DNA from: Nitrosomonas europaea
Lineage (GTDB): Bacteria > Pseudomonadota > Gammaproteobacteria > Burkholderiales > Nitrosomonadaceae
Length of the DNA stretch: 22,376 nucleotides
Reading direction: 5' to 3'
Assembly (NCBI RefSeq): GCF_900167395.1
Contig: NZ_FUWK01000043.1
Location: forward strand, 1-22,376
The notes under the pieces are model-generated. The model ran no database searches. It was given only the letters and a program-made list of their open reading frames with translations, and was not told the DNA's origin. Each line of letters begins with the position of its first letter. Position 1 is the first letter of the stretch. Both the position numbers and the translations under genes were made by a program. This document shows positions 1 to 6,992 of the stretch, one piece after another.

Positions 1-261
1 GTCCGGGTCTTCGGTCAAAACATCGAATATCTTTTCCCAAATACCGGCCTGTGCCCACCGCGTAAAGCGTTTGTGAGCAGTTTTCCATTTGCCATACCGC
101 TCCGGCAGGTCATGCCAGTGCGCACCAGAGCGTAAAACCCATAAAACACCATTTATAAACAATAGATTATCCGCGCCATGTCGGCCACGATCCCCAATTT
201 TACCCGGTATAAACGGCTCTATTCGACGCCATTGCTCCCTGTTCAATTCATAGCGTTTCAT
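1..261 (-). CDS. IS5-family (IS427/IS1031-like, DUF4096-type) transposase OrfA, N-terminal part; runs off the left edge
   Basis: The reverse complement from ATG at 261-259 reads MKRYELNREQWRRIEPFIPGKIGDRGRHGADNLLFINGVLWVLRSGAHWHDLPERYGKWKTAHKRFTRWAQAGIWEKIFDVLTEDPD, open to position 1. This is the typical N-terminal pattern of IS5-family OrfA proteins (W..I.P..P, LR.G..W..LP...G.W.T...RF.RW...G.W). It is missing from the ORF track because the window edge truncates it. Confidence 0.85.
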   Translation of the reverse strand, partial: MKRYELNREQWRRIEPFIPGKIGDRGRHGADNLLFINGVLWVLRSGAHWHDLPERYGKWKTAHKRFTRWAQAGIWEKIFDVLTEDPD

Positions 262-357
262 ACATTCCTCACTGAAAATGTTAAACCTCTTTCAGTAAAG
301 CAAAAATTATAGATGTTGGAAATCCGTAAATGTCGATTTGCCTTAGCGATTTGGCCA
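1..357 (-). mobile_element. Partial IS5-family insertion sequence; the inner end lies somewhere in 262-357 and is not resolved
   Basis: The transposase start is at 261 and a ~95-bp non-coding leader follows before the next ORF's stop at 358. The terminal inverted repeat cannot be identified without the other end of the element. Confidence 0.5.
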
Positions 358-549
358 TTACGAAACTGATGATATTGATGTTATCGACAATCCAGCCATT
401 CCGGATTTATGGAACTTCACAGAATCTTCAAGAGCAGCCTCAATAGCTGCTTTATCTGTTTTTGTCGGCTCTTGTTTTGCTTCAAACTCAAATTGGCCAG
501 AAAAGAAACCATCTTCGTTCCGGCATTCATAGAAAATCAAAAACTTCAT
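358..549 (-). CDS. Hypothetical 63-aa protein, orphan
   Basis: The ORF has a plausible SD (AGGA about 8 nt upstream of the ATG at 549). The predicted beta-strand start (MKFLIFYE..EDGFF) and following helix (TDKAAIEAALEDSV) resemble HicB-type antitoxin N-termini only weakly. No confident family assignment. Confidence 0.4.
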   Translation of the reverse strand: MKFLIFYECRNEDGFFSGQFEFEAKQEPTKTDKAAIEAALEDSVKFHKSGMAGLSITSISSVS

Positions 550-573
550 GTGATCTGTCCTCGATTGTTAAAG

Positions 574-681
574 CTATTCTTCACGGACTTGCTTCTGCAT
601 ATCCCAGCCCGCTTGTTCCAGCGCGGGCGTGATGAGCTTGGTACAAATATCACGTTCTGACAAATCTTTCTTGCTTGTCAT
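574..681 (-). pseudogene. hsdR: 35-codon N-terminal stub of an HsdR-like (type I restriction R subunit / related helicase-nuclease) gene
   Basis: The minus strand from ATG 681-679 reads MTSKKDLSERDICTKLITPALEQAGWDMQKQVREE, then TAG at 576-574. The LSE.DICTK.ITPAL...GWD....IREE pattern is the usual extreme N-terminus of type I R subunits, which are roughly 800-1100 aa. Here it stops after 35 aa. Confidence 0.55.
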
Positions 682-741
682 CAGCTGGACGGAGCCCTTT
701 CGTTTCTGTGGTATAGATTTATAACGCAAGCATTAGAAACA

Positions 742-1032
742 TCAGCGGCAAATTGTATTGCCCAGAGCATCTTTGTGGCACCTTACCGTGTTTCCGCGGT
801 TGTCACGATAAGTCGTATTGCCGAGGGAGTCTGTCCGGCTGTGAATGGTGTTGCCGTCGCTATCACGATAGGTTGTATTGCCGAGCGAATCTGTACGACT
901 GCGCATGGTATTGCCATTGCTGTCCCGGCACGTTGTGTTCTGCAAAGAATCCGGGCGACATCGTGTTTGCGCAAAACTATCGAATGGTATAACGATAAGA
1001 ACAATAAATGACAACAGAATTACTTTGAACAT
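742..1032 (-). CDS. Small secreted tandem-repeat protein (96 aa; signal peptide plus seven D-x-x-G/Q-N-T units framed by 4 Cys)
   Basis: I prefer the ATG at 1032 (MFKVILLSFIVLIVIPFDSFA|QT), which has an AGGGAAA SD-like sequence upstream, over the track start at 1065. The N-terminus is hydrophobic with an S-F-A cleavage-type site. The mature part is TRCRPDSLQNTTCRDSNGNTMRSRTDSLGNTTYRDSDGNTIHSRTDSLGNTTYRDNRGNTVRCHKDALGNTICR. Confidence 0.6.
   Translation of the reverse strand: MFKVILLSFIVLIVIPFDSFAQTRCRPDSLQNTTCRDSNGNTMRSRTDSLGNTTYRDSDGNTIHSRTDSLGNTTYRDNRGNTVRCHKDALGNTICR
745..966 (-). repeat. Diverged in-frame tandem repeat, ~60-bp (20-aa) period made of two ~10-aa half units
   Basis: Positions 805-864 and 865-924 align base for base at roughly three quarters identity by eye. 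The peptide SRTDSLGNTTYRD occurs twice exactly. The repeat also keeps three other frames open (753-992+, 775-1011+, 783-1004-). Confidence 0.65.
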
Positions 1033-1125
1033 GAGTTTCCCTGATTGTCTGGTGTAGTGAAGCATTTTCCTTCATAGCGCCTGACGAACAAGCTAAGCTG
1101 CGGCGAAACCGGCTCCAGCGACTTA

Positions 1126-2055
1126 CTATAAGTCAGGCACGCCAGCCTCATTTTCCATGGAATCCCAAAACTCGCTATCGAGTTTTTTGATCTCTACCGT
1201 GTGCTCAACTTGTAAACCAACCCCATATTCATAAATATATTCAGCCAATTTCTGTCCATCTATAAGTATTAGGGTTGTGCTTCCATTTAGGCCAACCGCA
1301 TACTGTATGGCACCCCTTGAAAAGGAAGATGTGGTGATGAATACACCCTTGTTTGACTGTGCAACGGCGAGCGCACCAACAAAGCTCTGGATTTCCTGCC
1401 GCTGGACACTGTTTTCTAGGGCGTAGCGCTTTGCCTGTATATGAATCCGACCGAACCCCAGAACGTCTTCTTTAATGATTCCATCAATGCCACCGTCATT
1501 GGAATATGGCGTGACCAGTCCTGATTGCTTAATCTCTCCGCCGTATCCCATCTTTTGAAGCAGCAAAACAACAAGACTCTCAAACGCATGCGGTTTTTTG
1601 GATAGGATGGTGTCAATTATTTCCTGGTAGCAAGCTTGGCGAATCTTCTTTGCCGACTCATAAAGCTCTTCTTGTGGAGTAAGGTTTTCTTCACTAACCG
1701 TGATTTTGCCAATCTTTGAAGGCTTATTTTCTTGCTTCTTTGCAATCTGCTCGGCGATAAACTGATTGATTATATTTGGGGTTTTTAGCTTCTCCCTGCC
1801 AAGCTCACTTATTTGATATAGGCCGCGCTTGGGCTTATTCAACAACTCAGCCATATTCATGTAGCTCAGCGCCCAACTTATACGATCATAGAATATTTTT
1901 CCCTTGCCCGATTCGTATTCTTCTTGCACCTCACCATCGGACAGACCAAAGTACTTAGCCAGTGGCTGTTCGAAGTCACTTAGCTTCAACTGGCCCCGCT
2001 CCGCGAGCAACAATAATGCTGGAACACGAATTTGATCATGTTTGGGAATGCTCAT
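1126..2055 (-). CDS. mrr: Mrr-family type IV (modification-dependent) restriction endonuclease, 309 aa
   Basis: There is an N-terminal winged-helix Mrr_N-like region (IPKHDQIRVPALLLLAE...YDRISWALSYM) and a C-terminal Mrr catalytic core with D...QxK (GGIDGIIKED...IHIQAKRY). I chose the ATG at 2055 because of a strong SD (GGAAGGAG) just upstream; the track's extra 27 N-terminal codons look spurious. Confidence 0.85.
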   Translation of the reverse strand: MSIPKHDQIRVPALLLLAERGQLKLSDFEQPLAKYFGLSDGEVQEEYESGKGKIFYDRISWALSYMNMAELLNKPKRGLYQISELGREKLKTPNIINQFIAEQIAKKQENKPSKIGKITVSEENLTPQEELYESAKKIRQACYQEIIDTILSKKPHAFESLVVLLLQKMGYGGEIKQSGLVTPYSNDGGIDGIIKEDVLGFGRIHIQAKRYALENSVQRQEIQSFVGALAVAQSNKGVFITTSSFSRGAIQYAVGLNGSTTLILIDGQKLAEYIYEYGVGLQVEHTVEIKKLDSEFWDSMENEAGVPDL

Positions 2056-2403
2056 ACTCTCCTTCCTGATTTGTAACACCTGAATTAGGCCGCACAGTGG
2101 TATTGTCAACGAAGAAGAATAAAGCGCAAGTACCATCTATTCAAACTCTGAAAAGAGCCCACATTTCATGGGTTATCTGTTTAGCCTCACGAGCTGCAAT
2201 CCTGGAGAACGGAGGTGGTTATGGTACCAGTGGAGTTAAATTTCTTGTCTTTTCGAATGCCGTCAGGCATGAAGCAATCCAGAGCAACACTGGTGGCAGC
2301 ACTGCTGGGTCGCCGTGTCGGCCTGCTACCTCGTCGGACATATTGAGAGAGGATTCTTTGCTATGATGCGTTATTACATTAGTTATAACTCAAAGGAAAT
2401 AAC

Positions 2404-2631
2404 ATGGTTGAGCTGAAAGTCAGAAAATTAGGTAATTCCCTGGGAGTTGTGCTGCCCAAAGAGGTCATTAACCATTTACGTACCGGAGATGGACAGCGGC
2501 TGTTTTTGACCGAGGCGTCCGATGGCGGGTATTTGATTACCCCATACGATCCTGCTTTCGAAGAAAAAATGGTCAAGGTTGAGAATATTTGTGACCGTTA
2601 CCGCAATACGCTTCGTATACTGGCTAAATGA
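2404..2631 (+). CDS. AbrB/MazE/SpoVT-fold type II antitoxin
   Basis: MVELKVRKLGNSLGVVLPKEV is the classic swapped-hairpin AbrB/MazE N-terminus. There is an AAGGAA SD upstream. Its stop overlaps the next ATG (ATGA at 2628-2631). Confidence 0.85.
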   Translation: MVELKVRKLGNSLGVVLPKEVINHLRTGDGQRLFLTEASDGGYLITPYDPAFEEKMVKVENICDRYRNTLRILAK

Positions 2632-3017
2632 TCGAGCCGATCTGGATAGATGAGCAGGTCGCGCTTGCTATTCATGAACGCCTGATTTCTCTACATAGCG
2701 GTGCATCAGGGGTTCGCGACAAAGAGCTTCTGAAATCGGCCCTTGCCAGACCTCTCAATCTTCTGGCCTATGATCAGCAAGCAGATGTTATCCATCTAGC
2801 TGCTGCATATACCGCCGGGATTTTGCAAAATCATCCTTTTGTGGATAGAAACAAACGAACGGGTTTTGTCGTCGGAGTACTGTTTCTTGAGCTTAATGGT
2901 TACAGATTTACTGCCGCTGAGGAAGACTCTGCGCAGGCAGTAATTGCGCTCGCTGCAGGTTCTCTTGATGAAGCCAGGTTCAAATTATTTCTTGCGGATA
3001 ATTCGATACCTGTCTGA
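2628..3017 (+). CDS. doc: Doc (death-on-curing) / Fic-fold toxin, with Arg at the usually Gly/Ala motif position
   Basis: The Fic/Doc core motif reads HPFVDRNKRTG (His codon 2832-2834, Arg codon AGA 2847-2849). The size is 129 aa. It is translationally coupled to the upstream antitoxin. Confidence 0.85.
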   Translation: MIEPIWIDEQVALAIHERLISLHSGASGVRDKELLKSALARPLNLLAYDQQADVIHLAAAYTAGILQNHPFVDRNKRTGFVVGVLFLELNGYRFTAAEEDSAQAVIALAAGSLDEARFKLFLADNSIPV

Positions 3018-3075
3018 CAGGACAGCTAAAAGCTGCTCAAAAAATAACCTTTCAGTGATGCTGTAATCATTTTCG

Positions 3076-4884
3076 TCAGTCGTCCTGTTCCGTTTCTTCG
3101 ACCAGAAATCCGTCTGCCTGCCGGCTCCAAAGTTGGGTATAGGCACCGTTGACAGCCAGCAGTTGAGCGTGGCTGCCATCTTCGATGATGCGCCCGCGGT
3201 TGAATACCAGAATGCGATCCAGATGTGCGATGGTGGAAAGGCGGTGAGCGACCACGATCACGGTTTTGTTCTTCATCAGCGCAGCCAGGCTGTTCTGGAT
3301 GGCCTGTTCGGTAATCGAATCCAGACTGGAAGTGGCTTCGTCCATGATCAGGATGGGCGCATTTTTAGCGATGACGCGAGCAATGGAGATACGCTGCCGC
3401 TGGCCGCCTGAGAGTTTCACGCCACGTTCGCCCACCAGTGATTCGTACTGATTGGGCATGCGTTCAATGAATTCGTGTGCATCGGCGCCGCGTGCAGCCA
3501 GTTCGATCTCCTCCCGGGTAGCGCCGGGACGGCCATAGCGGATATTTTCCAGCAGAGTGCGATGAAACAGTCCGGGGTCCTGCGGAATCAGGCTGATCTG
3601 TTCATGAAGGGACTGCTGGGTGACGTCCCGGATATCCTGACCATCGATCAGAATACTACCCTGCTGTGGGTCGTACAGCCGCAGGATCAGGTTGAGCAGT
3701 GTCGATTTGCCTGAACCAGAATAGCCCACCAGCCCTACGCGCTGCCCGCCCTCGATACGCAAATCGAGATTTTCGAATACCGGATTGTCGGGAGAATAGC
3801 CGAAGGTGACACCGCGCAGTTCGATACAGCCGCGGGTAATGTGCAATGGTTGCGCGCCGGGGCGATCGACGATTTCATGTTCACGCACGATGATACCCAC
3901 ACCGTTGGCAATATTGCCAATGTATTCGAACAGATCGATGAAACGACGACTGATGTTACGCACCTCCCCGATGATCAGCAGCGAGAGGCTGACGCTCATC
4001 ACGAAATCGGCCACGGATATCTGGTTCTGCTGCCACAACCACAAGGCAAACAGCAGTGTGCCTACCTTGAGTGTCAACGCCAGCAGGAACTGGAACCAGA
4101 GTATTTTCTCATTCGACCAGAGCCAGCGCCGTGAAGCGGCAATCTCGTTGTTCAGGAAACTTTCCAGGTAGCCGCGTTCGAAACCCAGCATGGCGAACAA
4201 CCGCACGCTGGCAAGGTTGGTAACGGCATCCACCACTTTACCAACTGTAATGCTGCGCGCCTCGGCCGATTTATGCGCCAGCGGCCGGCAGCGCCGCGCC
4301 AGCCAGTAGGAAATACTCAGGTAGAGCAATGCCCATACCAGCGTAAACAGCGACAAGGGAATACTGGCGTACCACAGCAGGATGATCGAGACGGTCAGTG
4401 TGACGACAATTGGCAGGAAATCGAACACCAGCGTCCATAATGTCATGTTGACGCTGGTCGAGGTTTCCGAGATACGGCTGGCTAGCGCACCGGCGAAGTT
4501 GTTGCTGAGGAAACGATGCGAATGGTGCTGCAGGTAAGCGTACAGCTCGCTCGTCACCTGCGCCCGTAATCGCGGTGCAATGACAATGCGGCAGGAGGCA
4601 CCGGCGCGGCTGAATATCACTTCACCGAGGTTGAGCAGCAGATAAAGCCCGAGCGGGAAAGCGACTGCCGAAAAAATCTGTTCTCGTACCGTCAGGGAAT
4701 CAGTAACACCACCCACGATCTGGCCAATGGCATACGGCGTGAGAATGCTGCTGGCAGATGAACCGATTTCCAACACCACGACCAGCACACACCAGCCGTA
4801 ATAATGCCGGAAGAAATGCAGCAGAAAGGCAAAAGGCTCGCTCGGCAATGCCGGCGCGTGCGCGGGATGATGAGATTCGTCCAT
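3076..4884 (-). CDS. Fused permease/ATPase ABC exporter (MsbA/MdlB-like half transporter), 602 aa
   Basis: A six-helix N-terminal TMD is followed by an NBD with Walker A GYSGSGKST, signature LSGGQRQR, Walker B ILIMDEATS and H-loop VVAHRL. I prefer the ATG at 4884 (MDESHH); the track start at 4974 is a TTG whose extra 30 codons run through a hairpin. Confidence 0.85.
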   Translation of the reverse strand: MDESHHPAHAPALPSEPFAFLLHFFRHYYGWCVLVVVLEIGSSASSILTPYAIGQIVGGVTDSLTVREQIFSAVAFPLGLYLLLNLGEVIFSRAGASCRIVIAPRLRAQVTSELYAYLQHHSHRFLSNNFAGALASRISETSTSVNMTLWTLVFDFLPIVVTLTVSIILLWYASIPLSLFTLVWALLYLSISYWLARRCRPLAHKSAEARSITVGKVVDAVTNLASVRLFAMLGFERGYLESFLNNEIAASRRWLWSNEKILWFQFLLALTLKVGTLLFALWLWQQNQISVADFVMSVSLSLLIIGEVRNISRRFIDLFEYIGNIANGVGIIVREHEIVDRPGAQPLHITRGCIELRGVTFGYSPDNPVFENLDLRIEGGQRVGLVGYSGSGKSTLLNLILRLYDPQQGSILIDGQDIRDVTQQSLHEQISLIPQDPGLFHRTLLENIRYGRPGATREEIELAARGADAHEFIERMPNQYESLVGERGVKLSGGQRQRISIARVIAKNAPILIMDEATSSLDSITEQAIQNSLAALMKNKTVIVVAHRLSTIAHLDRILVFNRGRIIEDGSHAQLLAVNGAYTQLWSRQADGFLVEETEQDD

Positions 4885-5068
4885 CAGAAATGACGGGAAA
4901 AGAATATTTGTGCCGAATGTTTGTATCTTACGGCTACCGGCTTTGCAGCCGGATAAATCCAATACCAGCCGCAATTATCGTGGCCGGATTAGCCATTACG
5001 TGCTCGGGTCTGGTATGGAAGTCCAGACCTCCTCAATGTCAGAGAACTGCTGCGTATCCCGTCTGGTT

Positions 5069-5518
5069 TCAGAACGGAATATCGTCTTCCATATCGTCAA
5101 AACCTGTATTCGACTTGGCAGGTGGGGTACTTTGACTTTGGTAATCATGATCCCGGTCGGCCGGAGGATCATAGCTGCCGCCTCCCGAACGGCCTCCCAG
5201 CATTTGCATGCGATCCGCGACGATTTCGGTGGTATAGCGCTCCACGTTGGATTTATCGGTCCATTTGCGTGTTTGCAGGCGGCCTTCGATATAAATCTGC
5301 GAGCCTTTTTTCAGGTATTCCCCGGCAATTTCGGCCTGTTTGCCAAACATGACGACCCGATGCCACTCGGTACGTTCCTGCTTTTCGCCACCTTTGTCTT
5401 TCCAGGTATCGGTGGTAGCGATATTCAGGTTCGCCATGGCGTCGCCGCTGGGCATGTAACGAATTTCAGGATCACGGCCAAGATTGCCAATCAACATGAC
5501 TTTGTTCAGTGATGCCAT
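5069..5518 (-). CDS. ssb: Single-stranded DNA-binding protein
   Basis: It has the OB-fold N-terminus [21 protein letters not shown], a Gly/Pro-rich linker and the acidic tail DDMEDDIPF. Confidence 0.95.
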   Translation of the reverse strand: MASLNKVMLIGNLGRDPEIRYMPSGDAMANLNIATTDTWKDKGGEKQERTEWHRVVMFGKQAEIAGEYLKKGSQIYIEGRLQTRKWTDKSNVERYTTEIVADRMQMLGGRSGGGSYDPPADRDHDYQSQSTPPAKSNTGFDDMEDDIPF

Positions 5519-6925
5519 CTATATATTTCCTTCCAGTAACTGAACCACTTTTTCTTCATCAAACCCCTTGAGGTCAACCTTCAGGTAAGCCACCTGCTCG
5601 TTGGCCAGCACGAGGGCCTCATAAACGCCAGGTAATGCCGCCAGTTCGCGTGACAGGCCATTGGCTTCATCGGAATCCATTTTTCTGACCTGATACATTC
5701 TGGAACGAACCGCGGCCGGTGCCTGCATGGTGACAGCCAGCACCAGCCAGAGAATCAGCAATCCGCTGCACATTGCCGCCAGGGCATAAAAGCCGAAATG
5801 CTGAAACAGATATCCACCCAGGCCGGCGCCGACGAAAGCACCCAGAAATTGTGTGCTGCTGTAAATGCCGATAGCCGTTCCTTTGGCGCCGACCGGTGCA
5901 ATCTTCGAAATCAGTGAAGGCAGACTGGCTTCGAGCAGATTGAACGCTGCGAAGAACAGCAGTAACGCAAACACCAGCCCCCAGAATGATGCGTTAAAGA
6001 TTGCCAGTAAAATTTGTGCCAGCAGCAGCAATGCAATGGCTGCAATGAAAACCCGTTTCAGCTGGGCTTTTTTCTCGGCATAGATAATGGCAGGCACAAT
6101 CAGCAGTATGGAACCGACCATTACCGGAAAATAGACCTTCCAGTGATCAGCAGCAGCCAGACCTGTTTCCCGCAGTGACAGCGGTATGCTGAGCCAAAGT
6201 GCCATCAGCACCGCATGCAGGGCAAAAATACCATAGTTCAATCGCAGTAGTTGTACATCGCGAATGACGCTGCTGAAGCGGGCGGCAGTCACCTCGGTAT
6301 CCGAGTGAAAACGGCTGACGACCGGATCCGGCACAACTTTGTGCACCACCCCTATCGCGAGTATGGCCAGACATCCGGTGATCACAAAGATACCGGGCAC
6401 ACCGACCCATTGATCCAGCAGAGGAGCGATGACCAGCGACAACGCGAAAACCATACCGATGCTCATACCGATCATTGCCATCGCCTTGGTACGATGTTCT
6501 TCTCGCGTCAGATCGGCTGCCAGTGCCATGACAGCAGCCGAAATGGCACCTGCACCCTGGATGATGCGCCCCAGAATCACCCAGTAAATGTCGGTTGCGC
6601 CCGCTGCGACAAAACTGCCCAGTGCAAACAGTACCAATCCGAGATAAATGACCGGTTTACGCCCGATGCGGTCAGACAGCCAGCCGAACGGAATCTGCAG
6701 GATTGCCTGCGTCAGCCCGTAAGCGCCCAGCGCGATGCCGATCAGTGTGTAATTGTCTCCCCCCGGCAGTTCTTTAGCAAAAAAAGTAAAGACCGGCAGA
6801 ATGATGAACAGACCGAACATGCGAAGTGCATATACGCCCGCCAGACTGGCGGAAGCTCGTATTTCCACTCGGGACATTTTTTCGGGGAGTTTGGTTGCTG
6901 TATTAGGCGCTGGTGAAACAGACAT
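5519..6925 (-). CDS. MFS transporter with a ~55-aa soluble C-terminal extension
   Basis: The protein is multi-TM throughout, with an MFS loop motif ([11 protein letters not shown]). The hydrophilic tail reads [55 protein letters not shown]. The start is uncertain: 6925 is preferred, 6877 is possible, and the track start 7063 would overlap uvrA. Confidence 0.8.
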   Translation of the reverse strand: MSVSPAPNTATKLPEKMSRVEIRASASLAGVYALRMFGLFIILPVFTFFAKELPGGDNYTLIGIALGAYGLTQAILQIPFGWLSDRIGRKPVIYLGLVLFALGSFVAAGATDIYWVILGRIIQGAGAISAAVMALAADLTREEHRTKAMAMIGMSIGMVFALSLVIAPLLDQWVGVPGIFVITGCLAILAIGVVHKVVPDPVVSRFHSDTEVTAARFSSVIRDVQLLRLNYGIFALHAVLMALWLSIPLSLRETGLAAADHWKVYFPVMVGSILLIVPAIIYAEKKAQLKRVFIAAIALLLLAQILLAIFNASFWGLVFALLLFFAAFNLLEASLPSLISKIAPVGAKGTAIGIYSSTQFLGAFVGAGLGGYLFQHFGFYALAAMCSGLLILWLVLAVTMQAPAAVRSRMYQVRKMDSDEANGLSRELAALPGVYEALVLANEQVAYLKVDLKGFDEEKVVQLLEGNI

Positions 6926-6992
6926 GAAGCGTAATTGTGATAAAACCGGGAAGTTGGGTATATTATCAGGTTGACTCATTCTTAGATAGCTA

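Noticed and set aside
745-966. Possible CRISPR-like array, because of the regular ~60-bp periodicity
   Set aside because: The repeats are contiguous with no unique spacers. They are diverged, in frame and translate into a coherent repeat protein. No cas genes are present in the window.
753-1011. Three additional open frames (753-992 +, 775-1011 +, 783-1004 -) over the repeat gene
   Set aside because: They are kept open by the 60-bp tandem repeat. None has a signal peptide, an SD or a sensible start, whereas the 742-1032 minus frame has all three.
2097-2366. 89-aa + strand ORF in the mrr-TA gap
   Set aside because: It has no SD and no recognisable sequence features. It starts inside the spurious 5' extension of the Mrr ORF in the track (upstream of the preferred Mrr start at 2055). 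It is kept only as part of the gene-free gap finding.
271-3062. Possible direct repeats flanking the accessory islet (CTGAAAATGTTAAACCTCTTTCAGTAAAGC near 272-301 versus CTCAAAAAATAACCTTTCAGTGATGC near 3037-3062)
   Set aside because: Only about 11-14 matching bases remain after allowing gaps, and the sequence is AT-rich. The left copy probably lies inside the IS, not at an island boundary. This is consistent with chance.
4933-5029. Hairpins CCGGCT/AGCCGG (4933-4948) and GGTCTGG/CCAGACC (5006-5029) downstream of ssb as terminators
   Set aside because: Neither is followed by a U-run on the minus strand. They may still affect transcript stability, but I cannot support a terminator call.
4910-5512. 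200-aa + strand ORF
   Set aside because: It is entirely antisense to ssb and its upstream spacer. It has no recognisable motifs, and ssb on the other strand is unambiguous. This is a shadow ORF typical of moderately GC-rich DNA.
6251-6916. 221-aa + strand ORF
   Set aside because: It is antisense to the MFS transporter gene. Its His/Arg/Asp-rich low-complexity translation is what results from reading a hydrophobic membrane gene backwards.
6926-6992. Looked for an SOS (LexA) box CTGT-N8-ACAG between uvrA and the MFS gene
   Set aside because: None is present. The nearest match, just outside the spacer and inside the MFS coding region, is CTGTATTAGGCGCTGG, which lacks the ACAG half-site. A candidate uvrA promoter (TTGTGA-N18-TATATT) is too weak to annotate.
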